From Octopus sinensis (Eukaryota), in contig NW_021835873.1 in the NCBI RefSeq assembly GCF_006345805.1, positions 1-37,817 on the forward strand: a DNA stretch of 37,817 nt, written 5' to 3'. Each line of letters opens with the position of its first letter. Position 1 is the first letter of the stretch. Below are positions 1-12,724 of this stretch, piece by piece. The notes beneath the pieces were generated by a model. It saw only the letters and a list, made by a program, of their open reading frames with translations, was not told where the DNA came from and searched no databases. Made by a program: the position numbers and the translations under genes.

Positions 1-13
1 ATACATTACATAC

Positions 14-45
<32 letters not shown>

Positions 46-60
46 ATATATATATATATG

Positions 61-1135
61 CTTCAGCTTCAAGCATATAGTTTCCATCCGGATATTGACG
101 ATGGGTTGGTGCCTTCCTCTCAGATCGCTCTTCCAAGTTGATAATGGTTCGCGGTCTGACGTCTCCAGTGCGAGCAGTGCGTGCCTCAAGGTCAGTGCTT
201 GGGCCCTTGTTGTTCTTAGTCTTCAATAATGACTTGCCCGACGACCTCACGCAACACACCCTTCTATTTGCCGACGATATCAAACTGGTCGCTCCTCGCG
301 GTAGTATAGAGGATCTTCGTCGATGCCTCCACCAAATTTGGAAGTGGTCTAACGATTGGGGCCTGTGTCTGAACGTGTCAAAGTGCTGTCGGCTCTACTC
401 CTGCAACTCAACTTGATTTCGAGCCGAGTCATCTTCTGCTGGAGAGGACCGATCAGGTAAAGGACCTGGGTATCTTGGTGGATTCCTCCTTTTCGCCTTC
501 GGCCCAGTGCGTCCATGCTGCCAACAAAGCGCGCGGAATTCTGTTTTTGATTCGACGGTCATTCGGAATGCTCACAGCAGCCATATTCCTACCACTCTAT
601 GTCACGCTGGTGAGACCCACATTGGAGTATGGGATTCAGGCCTCTTCTCCTTATCTCCTCAAAGACATACAGCATCTCGAAAGAGTCCAGAGGCTGGCTA
701 CCCGCATGGTTCATGGTCTCAAAAATTTGTCCTACGAAGAAAGGTTGAGGACGCTCGACCTTTATTCTCTTGAAAAACGCCACCGCCGTGGTGATCTCAT
801 TCTCGCCCACAACATCATAGCGGGAAGTGTGTAACCTCTCGAAAGAGCTGTTCTTCACTCCTGCTCCGGAGCGTCGGCTGCGGGGTCATTCCGAAAAGCT
901 CTACCTGCGACGATTTCATCTCAATCGAGAGGAGAGGAGCTTTCTCCGTCGGGTTGCGGATCCGTGGAACAAGCTGCCAGACGAGATGGTGAAGTGCCGA
1001 TGACCGCTTTGTTCAAAGCCTCCCTGGACCTCAAGTGGCCTGAACTCTTTACATGAACACCACCCTGTACTTAACTCCATGTCCCCCTACATGGCCTTGC
1101 TATTGCTTTTGAGCCAAATTAACTAACTAACTAAC
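61..1135 (+). mobile_element. 5'-truncated CR1-clade LINE (RT C-terminal half, 3' UTR and (CTAA)n tail)
   Basis: Frameshifted RT motifs (VPQG)SVLGPLLFLVFNNDLP, LLFADDIKL, LYVTLVRPTLEYG and LERVQRLATRMV...LSYEERLRTLDLYSLEKR..RGDLI. Ends in aactaactaactaac just before the microsatellite. Confidence 0.9.
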
Positions 1136-1833
1136 ATATATATATACATACATATAATATATATTATATATATATATATATTATATATATATATATATAT
1201 ATACATACATACATATATATATATATATATTACATACATATATATATATATATACATACATATATATATATATATATTATATACATACATATTATATATA
1301 TATATATATATACATACATATATATATATATATACATACAATATATATATATATACATACATATATATATATACATACATTATATATATATATACATACA
1401 TATTATATATATATATATATGTATGTATGTATATAATATATGTATGTGTATATATATATATACATATATTGTATGTATATATATATATGTATGTATATAT
1501 ATATATATATATATATACATACATACATATATATGTATATATATATATATATACATACATAAATATATATGTATATATATATATATATACATACATATAT
1601 ATCTATATATATATATATATATATATACATACATATATATATATATATATACATACATACAATTATATATGATATATATTATACATACATTATATATATA
1701 TACATAACATATATATATATATATATACACATACAATATATATACATACATAATATATATATATATATATACATACATACATGTATATATATATAATATA
1801 TATATTATATATACATACATGTATATATTATAT

Positions 1834-1864
<31 letters not shown>

Positions 1865-1925
1865 CATACATATAATATATATATACATATAATATACATA
1901 CATACATATATATATAATACATACA

Positions 1926-1957
<32 letters not shown>

Positions 1958-2177
1958 CACACATACATATATATATATATACATATATATATATACACAC
2001 ATACATATATATATGTATATACATACATACATACTATTTATATTAATCATATATATATATATATACATACATATATATTATACATACATATATATATGTA
2101 TATATATATATATATGTATGTATATATATATATATGTATGTATATTTATATTATATATATGTATATATACATACATA

Positions 2178-2211
<34 letters not shown>

Positions 2212-2248
2212 CCATATACATACATATATATATATATATATACATACA

Positions 2249-2279
<31 letters not shown>

Positions 2280-2358
2280 CATATACATACATATATATAT
2301 ATACAACATATATATATATTATATACATATAATATATACATATACATACATAATATAT

Positions 2359-2392
<34 letters not shown>

Positions 2393-2678
2393 CATATATA
2401 TATATACATATACATACATATATATATATATACATATACATACATATATATAATACATATACATACATTATATTATCTATACATATACATACATATATAT
2501 CTTAATATACATATATATATATACATACAATATATATACATATACCATCTATATATATATATACATACATAATATATATATATACATATACATATATATA
2601 TATATATACGTATACCACATATACATATACATACATATATATATATATACATATACATACATATATATATATATACAT

Positions 2679-2709
<31 letters not shown>

Positions 2710-2759
2710 CATATACATACATATATATATATACTATATATATATATACATATACATAC

Positions 2760-2790
<31 letters not shown>

Positions 2791-2949
2791 CATATACATA
2801 CATATATATATATATATATACATATACATACATATATACATATATATACATACATATATATATATACATACATATATATATACATATACATATATATATA
2901 TATACATACATATATATATACATATACATATATATATATATATACATAC

Positions 2950-2983
<34 letters not shown>

Positions 2984-3270
2984 ATATATACATATACATA
3001 CATATACATATACATACATATTATATATATACATATACATACATATATATATAATATATATATATACATATACATACATATATATATATATATACATATA
3101 CATACATATATATATATATATAATATATAATATATATAATATACATATATATATATATACATATACATACATATATATATATACATACATATATATATAT
3201 ATATATATACATATTACATACATATATATATATATATATATAACATATACATACATATATACATATATAT
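1136..3270. repeat. ~2.1 kb compound (TA)n/(TACA)n microsatellite
   Basis: Almost purely ta/taca/tatg units; source of dozens of spurious YI-rich ORFs. Confidence 0.98.
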
Positions 3271-3653
3271 TGGAAGCACTCCGTCGGTTACGACGAGGAG
3301 GGTTCCGGTTGATCCGAATCAACGGAACAGCCTGCTCGTGAAATTAACGTGTAAGTGGCTGAGCACTCCACAGACACGTGTACCCTTAACGTAGTTCTCG
3401 GGGATATTCAGCGTGACACAGAGAGTGACAAGGCCGGCCCCTTGAAATACAGGCACAACAGAAACAGGAAGTAAGGGTGAGAGAAAGTTGTGGTGAAAGA
3501 GTACAGCAAGGATCACCACCATCCCATGCCGGAGCCTCGTGGAGCTTTAGGTGTTTTCGCTCAATAAACACTCACAACGCCCGGTCTGGGAATCGAAACC
3601 GCGATCCTATGACCGCGAGTCCGCTGCCTTAACCACTGGGCCATTGCGCCTCC
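3271..3653 (-). mobile_element. Full-length tRNA-derived SINE (octopus OR/OK-like)
   Basis: Minus-strand head ggaggcgcaaTGGCCCAGTGGttaagg...cgcGGTTTCGATTCCcag carries Pol III A and B boxes. It is followed by ~300 bp of non-tRNA body and flanked by TA repeats. Family name is from recall only. Confidence 0.8.
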
Positions 3654-3702
3654 ACATATATATACATACATATATATATATACATACATATATATATATA
3701 TA

Positions 3703-4545
3703 CTTGCAGAATTGCCCGGTGTTGCTCGGGGCTGAATTGCTTGAAAGTACTGTTAATGATTGCACTGAATTATGATGATTATTCAGGCAAATATTGATAA
3801 AAGTTTACGGTGGGAGATAAGGACTTAACGATCAAACGTGTGCCATTGCATTGTTTTGGGGGAACCAAATTTCTGATGAGCATTATAGGGGCACCAACTT
3901 TAAGTTTGAGAAAGTGTGGTGGTAGTCCAGGGTGCTCAAAGGAATTGAGTACCTCTATTGGATAGTTGATGACGTCCTCTGGGTCAGGAGTTGTATCGAT
4001 AGACTGATATACATAGACTTCCCCAGGAATGAGTTTTAGCATTTCATCATTAATATGGTGAACAGTTTTATTCCTCGGGGCCAGTATAGCCTTTTTGCCA
4101 ATCCAATCCATATTCTGATAATTAGCTTGTAGATCTGGGAACACTGCATCTCTGAGATCAGAAGGCGTCTTAACAATGGTACAAATGGAATCGATGGCAA
4201 TATTACCATTTTCATCCCCTGGTATTTTGCCTTCGCCAAGTGCAAGGAGGATGTGAGGAAATGCTGCTGATGTGATATTACGTCGCATATGAGCACGCAT
4301 ATTGGTGTGAAGTTTGAGAGTTACTTCCCTTTATAAAAAAAATATGCATTAAAATGGAAAAAATGATGGTAAATTATTTGTAAAATCATCGACTCATCGT
4401 AGACGCGCGCTAATACCCAGAAGGGCTCGATATGAATCACGACTATAAGATGCCCGGTTTTGGTTAAACTGCATCGCAAAATGTGGGAGTAGTTAGGAAT
4501 CTAAATCGGAGTAGACAGACACACAACCTTTCTTTTATATATAAA
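3703..4545 (-). mobile_element. Internally deleted Helitron carrying a PIF1-helicase fragment
   Basis: Minus-strand 5' end ttatatataaaagaaaggttgtgtgtctgtct; 3' end cccgagcaacaccgggcaattctgCAAG|t (hairpin plus degenerate CTAG); helicase fragment inside. Confidence 0.8.
3779..4320 (-). pseudogene. Helitron RepHel PIF1-like helicase fragment
   Basis: KAILAPRNKTVHHIN...YQSIDT...YPIEVLNSFEHPGLPPHFLKLKVGAPIMLIRNL..PKQCNGTRLIV; truncated at both ends. Confidence 0.9.
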
Positions 4546-4548
4546 TAT

Positions 4549-5225
4549 TTTCGTCCTAAAAAACTTTGTATGGATTGAATGGTTACCTCTATGGAAATAT
4601 ATACACACACGTTATACATACATGTGTGCATAGATGAATATATAAATACATTTATATATCTATATACACTTTTGGGCGATCTTTGTGCTACTTAGAGATA
4701 ACTTTAGATCTTATTTTCGTCCAAAAAAACTTTATATGAAGTGAATGGTTACCTCTATGGAAATATATACACACACGTTATACATACATGTGTGCATAGA
4801 TGAATATATAAATACATTTATATATCTATATACACTTTTGGGCGATCTTTGTGCTACTTAGAGATAACTTTAGATCTTATTTTCGTCCTAAAAAACTTTG
4901 TGCGGAGTGAATGGTTACGTCTATAGAAATATATACACACACATTATACATACATCTGTGTATAGATGAATATATAAATACATTTAAATATCTATATACA
5001 CTTTTGGGCGATCTTTCTGCTACTTGTATATACTTTAGATATTATATTCGTCCTAAAAAACTTTGCATGGAGTGAAAGGTTACCTCTATGGAAATATATA
5101 CACACACATTATACATACATCTGTGTATAGTTGAATATATAAATACATTTAAATAGCTATATACACTTTTGGTCGATCTTTCTGCTACTTGGATATAGGT
5201 CTTATATTCGTCGTAAAAAACTTTC
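4549..5225. repeat. Tandem repeat, ~166-bp unit, four copies plus a partial fifth
   Basis: Unit anchor ttcgtcc(t)aaaaaacttt recurs at about 4552, 4718, 4884, 5049 and 5209 (spacing 166, 166, 165, 160). Confidence 0.95.
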
Positions 5226-5659
5226 CTGTCACACACTCACGCACACGCACACACACGCGCGCACCCTCACGCGCACACACACGCACGTTAACTTACAATT
5301 TTATTTATATATTTGCGTGTCTGTGTGTAAAGAGGAAGTGGGAGGCAGAGTGAAAGAATCACTCACTACAGAAAGTGAATTACTTTCATTTTATTCGTTG
5401 CACATTGTGTGTGTGCGTTTGCCTGTGCTGTATCCCACACTAAGAGAAGCATTTGACTCATACACCGCAATGTGAGTTTTCTCTAAATTTTGTTTAATTG
5501 GGGTTGAAATTATAAAAAGTGGACCTGGCACGACCCGATGCATTCTACTCTTAAAAATGCTAGGTAAAATATGTAAATTGTAATTGAAGAAATCCTATAT
5601 TGTAGATTTCTATAAGATATAAAGGGAGGCAGATAAAATCTGCCTTTTATAATAAGAGA
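5226..5659 (-). mobile_element. Putative Helitron 5' terminal segment
   Basis: Minus strand begins a|TCtcttattataaaa, the same pattern as the other Helitron 5' ends here, followed by the palindrome aggcagat-ttt-atctgcct. Confidence 0.5.
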
Positions 5660-5717
5660 TACACATATACATATATATACATACATGCATATATATATAT
5701 ATATATATACATATATA

Positions 5718-5750
<33 letters not shown>

Positions 5751-5754
5751 GGAT

Positions 5755-6470
5755 ATATATATAAAACTGAGAATGTGTGTGTGTCTGTCTGTCTGTGTGT
5801 TTCCCTAAAACTTGAAAACTACACCACCAATTTCATTCAAATTTTACACATGCCTTACTTAAGGTCCGAGGAGTGTCATCGTCAAAAAAATTAACTTTTT
5901 ACCTAGGCCGACCCCACAGCAATATCATATCTTCTCCACTATTTCAGTATTACGTGTTAAAAGTGAAACAAAAACATCTCTCTTTTGTAATGCAGACACT
6001 TTCATTTTAATACTGAAACTATTAAAGTGAAAGTATTATATAACAGGGATCAACCATTAACACTGGTCATCCTTTCCGCTATGGTCTTATTAGCAATTCG
6101 TATAAAATTACATTAATGACTTGAACTTGAATCAGTGGTTTCACATAAATTAAAAAGGTTTGTTGTTGTTATTATTACTGTTTGACTATTGTAATCACGT
6201 TTGTTGGTTCCTCGTCAGGGAAACATTGCTGTGTTGCTTTTGTTAAATAATTGTAAACCGTAACCCTCTCCTTTCGGAGAAGGGGCTTTGGTTATTGTTT
6301 AAAAATTGAATTGTGTCCCTGTTTGGGGAAATTGACAATATTTTCACCGTCTTTACGGAAGCACTTTTGTTAAAATGCCTTCGATAGAAGAAAGTCCAAA
6401 AATGAATTTCGCTGCAGCCGCACACTTCTATACAAGATCCAATTGATCGAAATTGCAAGAGACGGGCCTA
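5755..6470 (+). mobile_element. Putative Helitron 5' segment, possibly the left part of the element ending at 14480
   Basis: tatataaaactgagaatgtgtgtgtgtctgtctgtctgtgtg...ccaatttcattcaaattttacaca matches the tatataaa+(gtct)n pattern of the 5' ends at 4545, 21961 and 26959. Confidence 0.5.
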
Positions 6471-6650
6471 CAATTCTAGTCTGTTATATATTTTGAGTAT
6501 TGTTATCACAACGATATCAAGATATAACTTTGTATTTTGTATTTTATGTGGAGATGTATATATATAGATGTACATGTAATATGTACACATATATATACAC
6601 ATATATACATGTATAATATATCTACCCATACGCACACACACACATACATA

Positions 6651-6786
6651 GGGGCAGGTGTGGCTGTGTGGTAATAAACTACGTTCCAAACACATGGTCC
6701 TGGGTTTAGTCCCACTGTGTGGTGACTTGGCATGTGTCTTCTGCTGTAGCCTCAGACCAACAAAAGCCTTCTAAGTGGATTTTGTA
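6651..6786 (+). mobile_element. 3'-truncated tRNA-derived SINE (same family as 32024-32414)
   Basis: gtggctgtgtggtaa...catggtcctgggtttagtcccactg...aagccttctaagtggatttt aligns to the head of the 32024 copy. Confidence 0.8.
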
Positions 6787-6848
6787 CATATATACAGGCA
6801 TACATACATATATATACATGCATACGTACGTATTCGACATAAACACTG

Positions 6849-7392
6849 TGTAGTGGGTGTGTGTGTACGTAAATAAATACATAAACTGTTTCATGATTAA
6901 AAAGGGATTTATTTACAGGGTTATAAGTACACTACATACAAATGTAAGCAAATGCTACGAATTGCTTGTATAGAACTCGTATTAAAGATGAATATGTTTA
7001 TGTGTGTGCGGGAATCATTCGAAACTAGTTGATAGATATTGTAGGCATTTCTCTCTGTCTGCCAAAACGCGGGGCGAGATAAATCTGTCTGCTGCCGTGT
7101 CCGCCGCGATTCTGTTTCTTTCTCTGTTTTTCCCTTGTATTTATAATATTTGAGACAGCTAGAAAGACAGACATACTGCAACGGAGTTACTACCTAAGTA
7201 GGTCAGCACTTGTCCAGTTGAACTTCGCCTGACATGGCTTAGGTCGCAGGTCAAAGGGAGATGATCAATCACTTTTTGACAGAACAAAGATATCCTATTT
7301 TCGCGCCACTAAATGCATTGGTTTTTGACGACCGATGATTCTTGGATTCGATTTCGAATCTAGGCTTAGAGAAGGAAGTGCTAATTCTTACA
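6849..7392 (-). repeat. 3' LTR (544 bp)
   Basis: Direct repeat of 12095-12638; TATAAATA on the minus strand at 7145-7138; AATAAA near 6910. Confidence 0.97.
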
Positions 7393-7405
7393 CTACCCCC
7401 CTTCT
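7393..7405 (-). promoter_or_regulatory. Polypurine tract
   Basis: Minus strand agaaggggggtag directly before the TG of the 3' LTR. Confidence 0.9.
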
Positions 7406-7988
7406 AGTGAGAAAGCCACAGAGATCGAACGATATTGGAATGTTATTTTTTTGTGTGTATGCAGAAAGAATTTACACATTGTAACAGACAAATGAACAAT
7501 AAAAATATGAAGCAAAGGTTTACTGTTTGTGTGTGCTATATGATGGGCAATATGTATATGTGCCCTGGCAGAAATATGTTGGCGCGTTGAAAGAGATGTG
7601 CGTCTATTGATTACTCGACCCACTAGAGGTCTAATAGAGGCAAGGTGTCTTTCAGTGGCGAAAAAGATCGAGTGGTAGCATACATGAGAATATGACTTGT
7701 AAATGTGTGTGAACATACAGTTAGCAAAAATATATTTACAAGAAAGCAAAAACATTTTAAAGAGAAAACAAAACATGTGTACATGCAAAAATGAAAGAAA
7801 TGTTCATCGGAAAAGTTCGATTGTGAAATGTTCCGTAAATGTTCATACAGACAGTTTTTCGTTGATGTGGAACAACGTTTTTGTTTTCATTTTTTTTTTC
7901 TTTATGTACACGAATGTTCTTTGATTTCTTTGGGTTTGTATGTGGGTGATGCAGTTATGTGAGCTATGTGTTGATGTGTGCATTTCAT

Positions 7989-10900
7989 TTAGGAAGATGG
8001 ATAAGTTAAGAGTTCGGAACTTACCCGAAAAACTTGCACGAACCTTGCTGGCCATCGAACTGTTCTTCCCGATTTGGTGTGTCGAGGTTGTGCAAAATCT
8101 GTGGTGTTTGCTGGAGTTGTTGAGTCTGTTCGAGGAAAGGAGGGAACTGCATGTAAGTCCTCCTCGAGGAAGGCTTCTTTTAAACGATCAATCGAGACTG
8201 TATTTCGTTTACCTCCAATATCGAGGACGAAATACTTGGGTTCTCTTTTGATAACCTTGTAGGGCCCGGAATATGGTGGTCGAAGTTGAGATGGTATCCC
8301 ATCATTCCTCACGAAAACATGAGTCCAAGTGTTGATATCTTTTGGGACACGTGAAACGACGTTCTGTTGTCTGGGGTCTGAAGGTGATAACTGCGACATG
8401 GATGTCCGTAATCGGTGCACATGTGGGTCAGGAAAGTCTTGTGAAACAGGTTCGATCATCTGCCCAGGTAAGGTGAATGCTGTGCCATAAACGAGTTCAG
8501 CCGGAGTATATCCCAGTTCTTCCTTAACCGTGGATCGAATTCCAAGGAGGATGAGAGGGAGATGTTCCAACCAGTGAGAACTGTCTGGAGCTGCTTTGAT
8601 AGATGCCTTGAGTTGGCGGTGAAAGCGTTCGACCATGCCATTTGCTGCAGGGTGGTAAGCTGTAGTGCGGGTGTGTTTACACCCGAGGAGACGAGTCAGC
8701 TCGGTGAAAAGGTGGGAATCGAACTGACGTCCTCTGTCGGTGGTGATGGTTGCGGGTGTGCCAAAACGCGAAACCCGTTGTGATATCAGCGTTTTGGCGC
8801 CCGTTTCTGCCGATGTATCAGATAAGGGCCAGGCTTCGGGCCATCGCGAAAAACGATCTACGCAGGTAAGCAAATATGTATAGTTCTGCGAAGGTGGCAG
8901 GGGTCCGATGATATCAATGTGAACGTGCTGAAATCGTGCGTCGGGTTGCGAAAATGAACCGATTGGTGATTTTATGTGCCGGTGGATTTTCGCTTTTTGG
9001 CACGCAACACCACTTGGTCCATTCTCTGATATCCTTGTTGATACTGGTCCACACAAAACGGGTCGATATCAGCTTTTGAGTGGAGCGAATACCAGGATGT
9101 GACAGAGAATGCAGAGCGGAGAAAACTTCCCGACGATGTTTCTGTGGTACATACGGGCGTTGGTAACCAGTGGAGATATCGCACCAAATATGGGCCGTAG
9201 ATGATGGTAGCGGAACATGCTGAAATTTCAGAGATGACGAATTCCGGAGCTTTAGAAGTTCTTCGTCATTCTCCTGGTCAGCTGCTATACGTGCCAGATC
9301 AATTGTAGACGTGGTGTGGATAGAATTGATGTGCGTGCGTGAAAGTGCATCGGCTGCTAAGTTGGTCGTCCCTTTGATGTGGCGTATATCCGTCGTGTAC
9401 TGCGATATGAAGTCGAGGTGGCGGATTTCTCTCGGCGAGTGGCGATCCGGTTTGGTGTTAAATGCATATACCAATGGCTTGTGGTCGGTGTATATGGCAA
9501 AATTGGTACCTTCTAGCATGTGACGGAAATGCTTAACGGCCACGTATGCCGCTAATAATTCCCGACTGAATGTGCTGTATTTGGTTTCCGCGGGTTTTAA
9601 CCGCTTAGAAAAGAAAGACAACGGTTGCCATATACCGTCAACAAGCTGCTGTAGTACACCTCCAACCCCGGAATCGGATGCATCAACGAGTAAACATCGT
9701 GGGGCGTCTGGTTTTGGATAAACCAACATGGTAGCGTTAGATAACGCTTTTTTCAGGGCAGCGAAAGAAGCGAGTTGATCTTCGGTCAGAGCTATATCTG
9801 CATTTTTGCAAGTTCGCTGACGTAGCAAATCCGTGAGCGGTTGCGCTATCTCAGCGAGGTGGGGTACGAACCGTCGATAGAAATTCGCTAGACCGAGATA
9901 TTCCCTTAATTTGCGGAGAGACGTGGGTGGTGGAAAATCCACGATGGCCTTGACTTTCTCGGGAAGGGGGCGAATTCCATCCTTATCGACGATGTGGCCT
10001 AGAAAATGAAGGGAAGCAACTCCGAACAAACATTTACTAGGATTGATAACAACACCGAATTTGCGAAGGCGTTCGAATAGCAGGTGAAGGTGTTGGTTAT
10101 GTTCTTCGTCCGAGTTACTGGCCACGAGTATGTCGTCTATGTAGGCATAGACGAAAGGCAAACCTCTAGTCAACATGTCGATAAACCTTTGGAATGTCTG
10201 TGCCGCGTTGCGTAAACCGAAAGGCATACGCAGGAATTCAAACATTCCGAAAGGTGTAGTAACTGCTGTCTTCGAGATGTCCGCAGGTTCCACTGGGATT
10301 TGGTTGTATGCTCGCACAAGGTCGATTTTGGAAAAGATGCGAGCTCGAAAAGTCTTGAAGGAAGGGCACTGGATAGGCATCACTAATAGTGCTTTTATTC
10401 AGCGATCGATAATCGCCGCAAACCTGCCAGTCGGTCGATGATTTTTTTTTTGGGACGCAGTGTATCGGCGAGGACCAGTTGCTGCTGGAAGGGCAGATGA
10501 TTCCGAAGTCGAGCATGTGCTGGAATTCCCTCTTGACGGCCTGGAGACGATCAGGTGGTAACCTTGTGGGCCTTGCAGCAACAGGTAGACCGCTGGTTTT
10601 GATGTGGTGGGTAACGTCGTGTTTGATCGGCTGGTTGTGGAATACTGGTCGAGCGACGTCCGGATATTCCTTCAGGATGGAACTGTGACGAGTCGTTGTT
10701 GTAAGCAATACAGTTGGGCTGACTGTGACCATACGAGCAGCTATACCGCGCACAGTAAGCTTGGTGGTGCTGTCGACAAGTCGTCTGTTCTTAATGTCTA
10801 CCAGGAGACCGAAATGATGCAGGAAATCGGCTCCTAAGATAGGGGTCGGCAGTTTAGCGACGACAAATACCCACTGAAATGTGCGGCGTAGTCCTAAGTT

Positions 10901-11123
10901 CAATGTTAGGGACTGTTCACCGTAGGTTGGGATGGGTGAATGGTTGACTGCCTGAAGACAGACTGGTGTCTGAAGTGTTGGAGACAGGGATGATGCTGAC
11001 TTCCGCACCGGTGTCAACCAGGAAACGCGTGCTTGTTACCCGATCGCAAACGAAAAACAGGCGACTGTGTGGGTGCGAGCCAGGAACTTCCGTCGCGTTC
11101 AATTCCTGGCTGTGCCGTTTCCC
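7989..11123 (-). pseudogene. pol: pol polyprotein (protease, RT, RNase H, integrase with GPY/F motif), several frameshifts
   Basis: FLVDTGAEVS (PR); [33 protein letters not shown] (RT); [21 protein letters not shown] (RNase H); [40 protein letters not shown] (INT). Confidence 0.95.
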
Positions 11124-11975
11124 GAACTAGATGAGGAAAACGAGTATGGTACCGTACATTTTTGTGCCCGTGTTCCGAATGTTTGGTGGCACCAACACGT
11201 GTCATGTGAGTTGCGGGTAACACTGGGGCTTCGGGACCGTCTGCCATCTCGTTGCGATCGGCTGGTGCTTCGACGCTGGGAACTAAGCTTTAGGGCCTGT
11301 ATTTGGGTTGTGAGGTTCTGTATTTGAGCAGCTTGCTGCGTCATTAATGCACGCAAGTCCGAAATCTCGGAAGAACTGGAAAGGATTGGTACTGGGAGCG
11401 GCTGGCGTCACCGTCGATACCGTTGGATATTTGTGCGGTACTTCGGCTATTTTGTCAGCTAGCTCCGCCAGTTCTTCAATGGATGTATTTTCTCTAGTAG
11501 AAGCGAGAACAACCTGGGTATTGGAGGGCAGACGCTGGAGAAAAAGCTGCTTGAAAATTTTTTCCGGGAGGCTCTCATCTCCGAGAAGCTGCTTCATTCT
11601 ACGAAGAAGTTGAGACGGCGTTTTGTCACCCAATTCTTCCGATATCAGAAGCTGGTGAAGTCGTTTCTGTTGCGATTCGGAGGTTCTGTTTATCAGAGTG
11701 GTTTTAAAAGTGTCGTATGATACAGAACCGGGTGGTGCCATGATAAGATCACGGACAACGTTTGTGATTTCTGGTGACAGAGAACCGATAACATGCGAAA
11801 GTCAAGACGCATCGCTCAGTATTCGGTGAGAGGAAAACTGTGCATCTATATGGTAAAACCATAATGCAGGGTCGTGGGTCCAGAATGGTGGAATTTTCAA
11901 AGAAATCGCCGCTTGGAATGCCATGTCGATCGGAGGTATGATGTTGGCCGCTGGATTCTGTTCCGGGAGGGCCAT
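11099..11975 (-). pseudogene. gag: gag with a CHCC-type nucleocapsid motif; one in-frame stop (11802-11804) and a frameshift near 11360
   Basis: MALPEQNP...LKIPPFWTHDPALWF...EELGDKTPSQLLRRM...LFLQRLP...LAELADKI...CWCHQTFGTRAQKCTVPY. Confidence 0.9.
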
Positions 11976-12080
11976 TGTGTACGTCGGAATTCTCAGGTGT
12001 TTCGTTGCCGGGTAATGTGCAAGCTGTAATTCTTCGACGCGGTTGATGAAGCTGGTTCCGGGGAAGGCGCAATTCGTTTG

Positions 12081-12092
12081 ACGGGGTCACCA
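12081..12092 (-). promoter_or_regulatory. Primer binding site complementary to the tRNA-Trp 3' end
   Basis: TGGTGACCCCGt two bases after the CA end of the 5' LTR. Confidence 0.88.
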
Positions 12093-12094
12093 AA

Positions 12095-12638
12095 TGTAGT
12101 GGGTGTGTATGTACGTAAATAAATACATAAACTGTTTCATGATTAAAAAGAGATTTATTTACAGGGTTATAAGTACACAACATACAAATGTAAGGAAGTG
12201 CTACGAATTGGTTGTATAGAACACATATTAAAGATGAATATGTTTGTGTGTGCGGGAATCATTCGAAACAGTAGTTGATAGATACTGTAGGCATTTCTCT
12301 CTGTCTGCCAAAACGCGGGGCGAGATAAATCTGTCTGCTGCTGTGTCCGCTGCGATTCTGTTTCTTTCTCTGTTTTTCCCTTGTATTTATAATATTTGAG
12401 ACAGCTAGAAAGACAGACATACTGCAACGGAGTTACTACCTAAGTAGGTCAGCACTTGTCCAGTTGAACTTCGCCTGACATGGCTTAGGTCGCAGGTCAA
12501 AGGGAGATGATCAATCACTTTTTGACAGAACAAAGATATCCTATTTTCGCGCCACTAAATGCATTGGTTTTTGACGACCGATGATTCTTGGATTCGATTT
12601 CGAATCTAGGCTTAGAGAAGGAAGTGCTAGTTCTTACA
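12095..12638 (-). repeat. 5' LTR (544 bp)
   Basis: Direct repeat of 6849-7392 with about 12 substitutions and two 2-bp indels by manual comparison. Confidence 0.97.
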
Positions 12639-12724
12639 ACTGTACCAATACAACTAATAACTGTTGGGAACACTTTCAAACCTGCGTTACATTTTAACCG
12701 GAATCTCAAAAACATTGTCCCCTT

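Larger units (their letters stand above)
6849..12638 (-). mobile_element. Full-length Ty3/Gypsy LTR retrotransposon, CsRn1/Boudicca/Kabuki-like, decayed
   Basis: Two 544-bp TG...CA LTRs; 4-bp TSD ACTG at 6845-6848 and 12639-12642; PBS and PPT present; gag-PR-RT-RH-INT order. Confidence 0.97.

Noticed and set aside
1123-3322. Many long Tyr/Ile-rich ORFs (also near 26100, 31000-31700 and 33400-34800)
   Set aside because: They are translations of (TA)n/(TACA)n microsatellites, which lack stop codons.
3580-3653. tRNA gene
   Set aside because: It has A/B boxes but no clean cloverleaf or acceptor stem, and it continues into a SINE body.
7393-7988. env-like or extra ORF in the Gypsy 3' region
   Set aside because: Only short low-complexity ORFs with no recognisable domain; treated as 3' UTR.
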